Notes under the pieces: model-generated
What the model was told of the DNA's origin: nothing
Databases searched by the model: none
What the model saw: the letters and a program-made list of their open reading frames with translations, nothing else
Origin: Nannocystales bacterium
Lineage (GTDB): Bacteria; Myxococcota_A; Polyangia; Nannocystales; Nannocystaceae
Assembly (NCBI GenBank): GCA_050633305.1
Contig: JBOEGF010000004.1
Coordinates: 32,001-96,000 of the forward strand
Reading direction: 5' to 3'
Length of the DNA: 64,000 nucleotides
Shown here: positions 57,128 through 64,000 of the stretch, one piece after another
Layout: every line of letters starts with the position of its first letter
Position numbering within the stretch: position 1 is the stretch's first letter
Program-made: the position numbers and the translations under genes

Positions 57128-58861
57128 CTAGTTCTCTTCACCCACGCCGTGGCGGGCGGTGAGCCACATTGCGACATCCTGGATGGTCAGGAAGCCGCGG
57201 GTGCGCGCGAGGTCGACCTGTCCCTTGTCGTTTCGCTCGAGGCCGTGGAGCTCAACTTCGAGTCGGGTCAGCAGGTTCGTTGCGAGCACGGAGGTGTGCT
57301 CCCCGATGCCCAGCGCGTCGCAACGAGCGGAGAAGTCCCGGCGAACGGGGTCGGTCAGCCGGGCGCGCTCGACGAGGTTCTTGGACGCCCAGTCGAGATC
57401 GTCCGGGGTCAGCGGCGCGAGGGATCCGCGACTTCCTGGCAGGAAGATGTGCACGATGGCGGTTCGGATCAAGTCGCCGATCACCAACTGCTCGGGGCTG
57501 TCCGCTCGGGTCAGCCATACCGCGTCGATGGCAAAGCCTTCGGGGGCGAAGGCGAGACGGGACAACGCACCGGACTGAGCGACGAGCGCGGTCGCTTGCC
57601 GGACGTCTGCGAACGTCTGCAGGGGCCGGGTCGCCGAGCTCTTGTCCATGACGGGAAGCTCGGGATACCAGGCGCTGAGGCTGGCGATGGAGGGCCCCCA
57701 GGGGCGGTCGAGTAGGGAACCAGGGCTGGTGAGCGAGATGCGGGTGGCCTTGCCGAGGTGGGCAGTGGCCTTACGCAGCTTCTCCAGCGCTCCGTAGCCG
57801 ACGCGGAAGATGTCACGCAGCCCGATCGCAACCACGCGCTCCGCGAGGAACGCCTCGGGGTCGGGGTGCTCGGTGCTGGTGGTCAGCAACAGCTCCAGCC
57901 CGAGGCTGATCGTGGCTTGGGTCTGGTGGATGGCGCGCTCCTGGAGCCCGGTGTCGCCAGGCGGAAAGCGCTGCGCGGACATGACTTCGGACACCAGCAG
58001 GAGGAACTCGCGCGCTCGCTGTCCGTGCTCGGTGTCTCCGAGTCGCTCCAGCACCCGCGCCAGCAGCCCCGACGTTTGCCAGCGGGGCAGGGCAAGCATG
58101 CCGTCAGGGTCGTCGAGGTAGCGGAAGTCGCGGGGGTCTTCGGTGGCGGCGGCGGCACGGTCGAATGCGGTGAACAGCTTCATCGCCTCTTCCCACGCCA
58201 CGAAGCCCATGTCCGCGAGACGACCCTCCCGCCAGCGGCGTAGGTCCTCTTCCATCTGCGAGTGGATCCCCGACTGGATCGAGAGCAGCAGCTTGCGCCC
58301 CTCGTCGAGGTTGTCCTGGTAGATGAGTTCGATCGTGGCGAGCGCCTGCTGGCCGAAGTCGTCGTCGGGGACCCCGACCACGAAGAAACCGTCGGGGCTG
58401 TCCCAGGTCCGCAGCTCGTCGAGTTCGCCATGCGCGAAGTCCCGGCTTTGATCGTCTTCGTGGTCGAGGATGATCACCTGCGTGCCGAGCATCAGGGCCA
58501 TGGTCCACATCTCGGGATCCATGCTGTAGATGAGATCGATCAGGGCCCCGCGCGGCTTGTCCATCGCCTGGTAGAGGCGGGCGAGGAGCATGACCCACGT
58601 CCGCGCCTGCGGGACGTCCACACGGTCGCGCTGCCAGGCGTCGAGGTCCATTAGGCTGGTCAGCTGCTCGGCGGTCGCGTGTCCGAGCAGCAGGTCGAGC
58701 CGCCGCTCCTCGCGGAGTGCTCGGGCGACCCGCACGAAGTCCTGCCCGTCGATGCGGGGCACCAGGGTGTCTGGGGCCTCGACATCCTCGAGCGCGAGGG
58801 GAGAGTTCAGGACCGCGGTGAGGCGGGCGCTCGGGGAGTTCCGATCGAGGTCGTCGACCAT
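57128..58861 (-). CDS. DUF6178-like protein
   Basis: EQL...DLD.W..D and E....RWR.GRL.D.GF....EA patterns. Confidence 0.7.
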   Translation of the reverse strand: MVDDLDRNSPSARLTAVLNSPLALEDVEAPDTLVPRIDGQDFVRVARALREERRLDLLLGHATAEQLTSLMDLDAWQRDRVDVPQARTWVMLLARLYQAMDKPRGALIDLIYSMDPEMWTMALMLGTQVIILDHEDDQSRDFAHGELDELRTWDSPDGFFVVGVPDDDFGQQALATIELIYQDNLDEGRKLLLSIQSGIHSQMEEDLRRWREGRLADMGFVAWEEAMKLFTAFDRAAAATEDPRDFRYLDDPDGMLALPRWQTSGLLARVLERLGDTEHGQRAREFLLLVSEVMSAQRFPPGDTGLQERAIHQTQATISLGLELLLTTSTEHPDPEAFLAERVVAIGLRDIFRVGYGALEKLRKATAHLGKATRISLTSPGSLLDRPWGPSIASLSAWYPELPVMDKSSATRPLQTFADVRQATALVAQSGALSRLAFAPEGFAIDAVWLTRADSPEQLVIGDLIRTAIVHIFLPGSRGSLAPLTPDDLDWASKNLVERARLTDPVRRDFSARCDALGIGEHTSVLATNLLTRLEVELHGLERNDKGQVDLARTRGFLTIQDVAMWLTARHGVGEEN

Positions 58862-58892
58862 GGGGTGGGGTACTATCCCAACGCGGTGCTCC

Positions 58893-59924
58893 GTGCCACC
58901 TCGTCACCCCGACATCGCGCACGCGCTCGGCCCGGCGCGGGCGGCATTGAAGGAGGCCCGACGCGTAGCAGGGCTGCAGCGGGACGTGCGGCTCGGTCTA
59001 CTCGTGGCCTGTTCGGGCGGTCGGGACTCCGTGGCGATGCTGGGTCTGCTGGCGCTCCTGGCCGAGTCTGATCGGCTCTCTCTCACGGTCGGTCATGTCG
59101 ACCACGGCCTGCGTTCGGGGTCGCGGCGCGAAGCCATGCTTGTCAGCGAGATGGCGGCCCAGCTGGAGCTTCCTGTGCTCGTACGGCGGTTGGAGCTCGA
59201 CGGCGGCGCTCCGGGGCTTCCGGCCCGGGCCCGGGATGCTCGGCATGCCGCGTTGCATCAGATGCGAGAGGAGCGGGGTGCCCATCGCATCGCGTTGGCG
59301 CACACGGCGACGGATCAAGCCGAGACCGTCCTGCTGCATCTGTGCCGCGGCGCGGGCCTTCGGGGTCTGGGCGGGATGCGAGCCGTCGAAGCTGGCAGCG
59401 CGCTGCTGCGGCCGCTGCTCGAGCTGCCAAGGGGAAAAACCGGTCCGCTGTGCTCTCGGCTGGGTTTGGCGTACGTCGACGACCCCACAAACGAGAACCT
59501 CGACCATCCTCGCGTCCGGATCCGTCAGGAGGTGCTTCCCCGGCTCTCAGAAGGACGGGGTGGGGTTGAAGATGCGCTCGCAGCGTCGGCGCTCGCGGCC
59601 CGAGAGGCCGCCGAAGCGCTCGACGTCTGGATCGACCGGGAGCGAGTCGCCCGTCATCGTGGGGACCACCGGTATGACCTGACCGGATGGCGAGGCCTTC
59701 CCCGTGCGGTTCGTTTGGGGTGGTTGCGGTCGATCGCGCTGCACGCGGGGGTCGAGGTCGATGGCCTGGGTCGACGATCCCTTGGTGCGATCGAGCGGGG
59801 GCTGCTTGCGGGGGGCACCAAGGGATGGGCCCTCCCTCGTTCAACGCGGATCGAGACGGACGGGCTCCTGCTGACGATCACGCCCGGTCCGGGGCTGCGT
59901 ACGCCACCAGAAGATGCGGCGTAA
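58893..59924 (+). CDS. tilS: tRNA(Ile)-lysidine synthase
   Basis: ACSGGRDS, HVDHGLR, AHT.TDQAET.L and RPLL motifs; start estimated. Confidence 0.93.
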   Translation: MPPRHPDIAHALGPARAALKEARRVAGLQRDVRLGLLVACSGGRDSVAMLGLLALLAESDRLSLTVGHVDHGLRSGSRREAMLVSEMAAQLELPVLVRRLELDGGAPGLPARARDARHAALHQMREERGAHRIALAHTATDQAETVLLHLCRGAGLRGLGGMRAVEAGSALLRPLLELPRGKTGPLCSRLGLAYVDDPTNENLDHPRVRIRQEVLPRLSEGRGGVEDALAASALAAREAAEALDVWIDRERVARHRGDHRYDLTGWRGLPRAVRLGWLRSIALHAGVEVDGLGRRSLGAIERGLLAGGTKGWALPRSTRIETDGLLLTITPGPGLRTPPEDAA

Positions 59925-60026
59925 CACTCTGGAATAACCCCGTTCGTGAGGATCTACGCCCTCGTGCGAACCATTGACCCCCTTGTGGCGCAGGGCTATG
60001 CTCCGCCCCTGGCAGCCGGCTGATTC

Positions 60027-61964
<1,938 letters not shown>

Positions 61965-62053
61965 ACCCCGAGTCGGCGTTCAGACAAGCGTGCGGTCTCC
62001 GTCTTGGGGCCGCGCGCTTTGTTCGTTGGGGCGCCTGGGCCCGGAGCGAGCAG

Positions 62054-62308
62054 CTATTTGAACTCCGCGCCCATCGGGTCGAGGCGTCGCTCGAGTTCCC
62101 ACAGCAGGGTCTCCAGCCCGTGGGTCTTGATCTCCAGCATCATCGCCATCTGCTCGCCGAGCTTGCCCGCCGGGTAGCCACGCTCGCGAAACCAGATGAA
62201 GTACTCCTCGGGGATGTTGGACAGCGGCCGACCCTCGTACTTTCCGAAGGGCATCTTGGCGCGAACGAGCTCGAGCAGGACCTTGGGATCCGGGTTGAGG
62301 ATGTCCAT
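62054..62308 (-). CDS. DUF3820 family protein
   Basis: MPFGKY.GR.L..IPE.Y..WF...G.P.GKLG..M....EIK..GL. Confidence 0.85.
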   Translation of the reverse strand: MDILNPDPKVLLELVRAKMPFGKYEGRPLSNIPEEYFIWFRERGYPAGKLGEQMAMMLEIKTHGLETLLWELERRLDPMGAEFK

Positions 62309-62333
62309 CGAAGTCTGCTTGTCCTCGCCCTGA

Positions 62334-62849
62334 TCATCCCGCAGCGAGGGCGGCCTTGATCGCGGTGTCGGCTTCGGAGTCGCGCGCCTGAATGATGCCC
62401 TCGCGGCGCCACCGGACCACGCCGTTTCGGTCGAGAAGCACGGAGGTCGGGTAACCGTTGACGCTGAACGTGCCCTGGGACTTCCCGTCCGGGTCGAGGA
62501 CCACGGGGTAGTCGATGCCGTGCTGGGCGATCATGCCGTGCATCTTTTTGTGCAGACGCGGCTTGTCGACGTTGATGCCGACCACGACGAAGTCGTCTCC
62601 GTGGGCGTGGTGAAGCTTCTGGAGCTCGGGCAGCTCCATGACGCAGGGCTTGCACCACGTGGCCCAGATGTTCACCAGCACCACCTTGCCCTGGTAGTCC
62701 GCGAGGTTGAAGTCCTCGCCTGTGCTGGTCTTGCCGCTGAACTTCACACCGACAGCGTGGGTGTCCGACTGCGGAGCGCCGCCGCTGGCACCTTTGCCTT
62801 GGCAGGCCGAAGCGCAGGCGATCGCGAGTCCGAGGCAGAGGTGGCGCAT
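62334..62849 (-). CDS. TlpA family thiol-disulfide oxidoreductase lipoprotein
   Basis: Lipobox ASAC; GKVVLVNIWATWCKPC..E.P motif. Confidence 0.9.
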   Translation of the reverse strand: MRHLCLGLAIACASACQGKGASGGAPQSDTHAVGVKFSGKTSTGEDFNLADYQGKVVLVNIWATWCKPCVMELPELQKLHHAHGDDFVVVGINVDKPRLHKKMHGMIAQHGIDYPVVLDPDGKSQGTFSVNGYPTSVLLDRNGVVRWRREGIIQARDSEADTAIKAALAAG

Positions 62850-62902
62850 CACCGAGCGACCATCCGCGATACGAGGAAGCGCGTCAACTGGGTGCGGCAG
62901 GC

Positions 62903-63406
62903 TCAGGAACACGGAGGCGGATGGAGCAGAGCATCGAGCTCGTGCCACAGGGCGTCGCACAGGCCGGCTCGGTACGCGGCCGGCCGAAACGCCTCGTGCT
63001 CCCGGCGGTACATCGCGAGCCGGGCGTCGCCCGAGGCCGTGCAAGAGCGTACGTTGGCGAGGCGATCCGCGACTTTCACATGCAGGGCCAACGCCGAGGT
63101 GGGCTCGTCGATCCCCAGCCCCGACAGTCGGACATGCAACTCGGCCTTTCGAACGTTGCGGGTGGCTCCGGGAGGATCGGTGACCAGCGCCACGGCCTGA
63201 GCGACCGAATGCCCGAACCGCTGGACGAGGGTGCTGTGCTGGACGTCGGTGTCTTCGAGCACGTCGTGCAGATAGGCGACGGCGCGGATCTCCGGCTCGT
63301 CGGGGACGAGGGCAGCGACGGCGTCCAGATGCACAACGTAGGGCTGAGCCCCGTAGGTCTGGCCTCCGTGCGCGGCGGCGGCGAACGTCCGCGCGTCGCG
63401 GGTCAT
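62903..63406 (-). CDS. Stand-alone RelA/SpoT-type HD hydrolase (Mesh1/SAH-like)
   Basis: AH.GQ....PY..H, LHDVLEDT, VTD and K.ADRL.N motifs. Confidence 0.82.
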   Translation of the reverse strand: MTRDARTFAAAAHGGQTYGAQPYVVHLDAVAALVPDEPEIRAVAYLHDVLEDTDVQHSTLVQRFGHSVAQAVALVTDPPGATRNVRKAELHVRLSGLGIDEPTSALALHVKVADRLANVRSCTASGDARLAMYRREHEAFRPAAYRAGLCDALWHELDALLHPPPCS

Positions 63407-63426
63407 CGCGGGCCCACCGTGGCGGC

Positions 63427-63681
63427 TCACAGCGCCCGGTTGAGGTTGGGGCTGACGAGCCGCTCGTTCGGCGGGAGCACGTCCGGCTCGTCGTGCGGGC
63501 ACTCGCCGCGTTCTTTCTTCTCGCAGATGCAGTCCGCATCGGCGCCGCCACAAGAGCCTGCAAGCTTCCGGTTGGACACGATGACGCCAATCGCCATGCC
63601 GGCCATCAGCAACGCGACGAGTCCCATGGTGAGACCCGCGGTGACGGCAAAGGAGGCTGCTGCCAGCATCGTGGACATCAT
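63427..63681 (-). CDS. NqrM/DUF539 family small membrane protein
   Basis: MAIGVI......GSCGG....C.C......C. Confidence 0.75.
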   Translation of the reverse strand: MMSTMLAAASFAVTAGLTMGLVALLMAGMAIGVIVSNRKLAGSCGGADADCICEKKERGECPHDEPDVLPPNERLVSPNLNRAL

Positions 63682-63735
63682 AGGGCGCTCGCCGACGTCC
63701 TGCCAGCCGGGCTTCGGGGGCGCTTGTGTGCCGCC

Positions 63736-64000
63736 TCAGCCGGATGTCGCGCCCTGCACGACGTCGTGACAGGTCAGACGCTCCTGAAGGTCGGTCGCGT
63801 TCAACATGCACTCGAATCGGGCCCCGGGGGTGGTCAGCGCCGCGCAGGCTTGGGCGTCGAAGTCGGCCGGGAGGGGGCCGGCATACGCCTGCTGGGTCGT
63901 GTCCTGGTCCTCCTGAATCGTCGCCTCGAGGGCCGCGCGAGAACCGCCGATGTGAAGCGTTCCGCTGGACTGGATCGTGCCGTCGGACTGTAGGACCGAC
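63736..64000 (-). CDS. 3' end of a hypothetical protein (truncated at window edge)
   Basis: Manual translation of an open frame ending ..CRPLPADFDAQACAA..FECML..LTCHDVVQGATSG*. Confidence 0.4.
   Translation of the reverse strand, partial: SVLQSDGTIQSSGTLHIGGSRAALEATIQEDQDTTQQAYAGPLPADFDAQACAALTTPGARFECMLNATDLQERLTCHDVVQGATSG

Overview
High-GC bacterial chromosomal segment, most likely from a myxobacterium. The Nannocystaceae-like assignment is inferred from the many Ser/Thr/Gly-linker Cys-rich lipoproteins, an ECF sigma/Ser-Thr kinase pair and DUF507/DUF6178-like genes. Housekeeping genes: efp-epmA, tRNA-Leu(TAA), purK-purE, uvrA, gloA, HMG-CoA lyase, iscS-mnmA, rnc, tilS-ftsH. Accessory loci: (i) a divergent iron/peroxide module (PepSY-TM versus small Cys/His protein-DUF3501-AhpC) with Fur/PerR-like boxes; (ii) an Rrf2-CysK-ThiF-CysO(GG-W)-CysM-JAMM sulfur-relay cluster; (iii) a TonB/TPR/TonB/ExbB/ExbD/ExbD motor cluster; (iv) a TetR versus ydhR-gloA stress module with visible paired operators; (v) the most unusual gene, a single polypeptide joining an acyl-adenylating domain, three near-identical carrier domains and an acyltransferase-3-like membrane domain, flanked by CapA-like, secreted and glutaminase-less asparagine-synthetase-like genes. 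Many genes have a TANNNT hexamer 6-7 nt before the start codon, suggesting widespread leaderless transcription. No integrase, transposase or CRISPR array was seen. All family assignments come from motif recognition by eye, not database searches.
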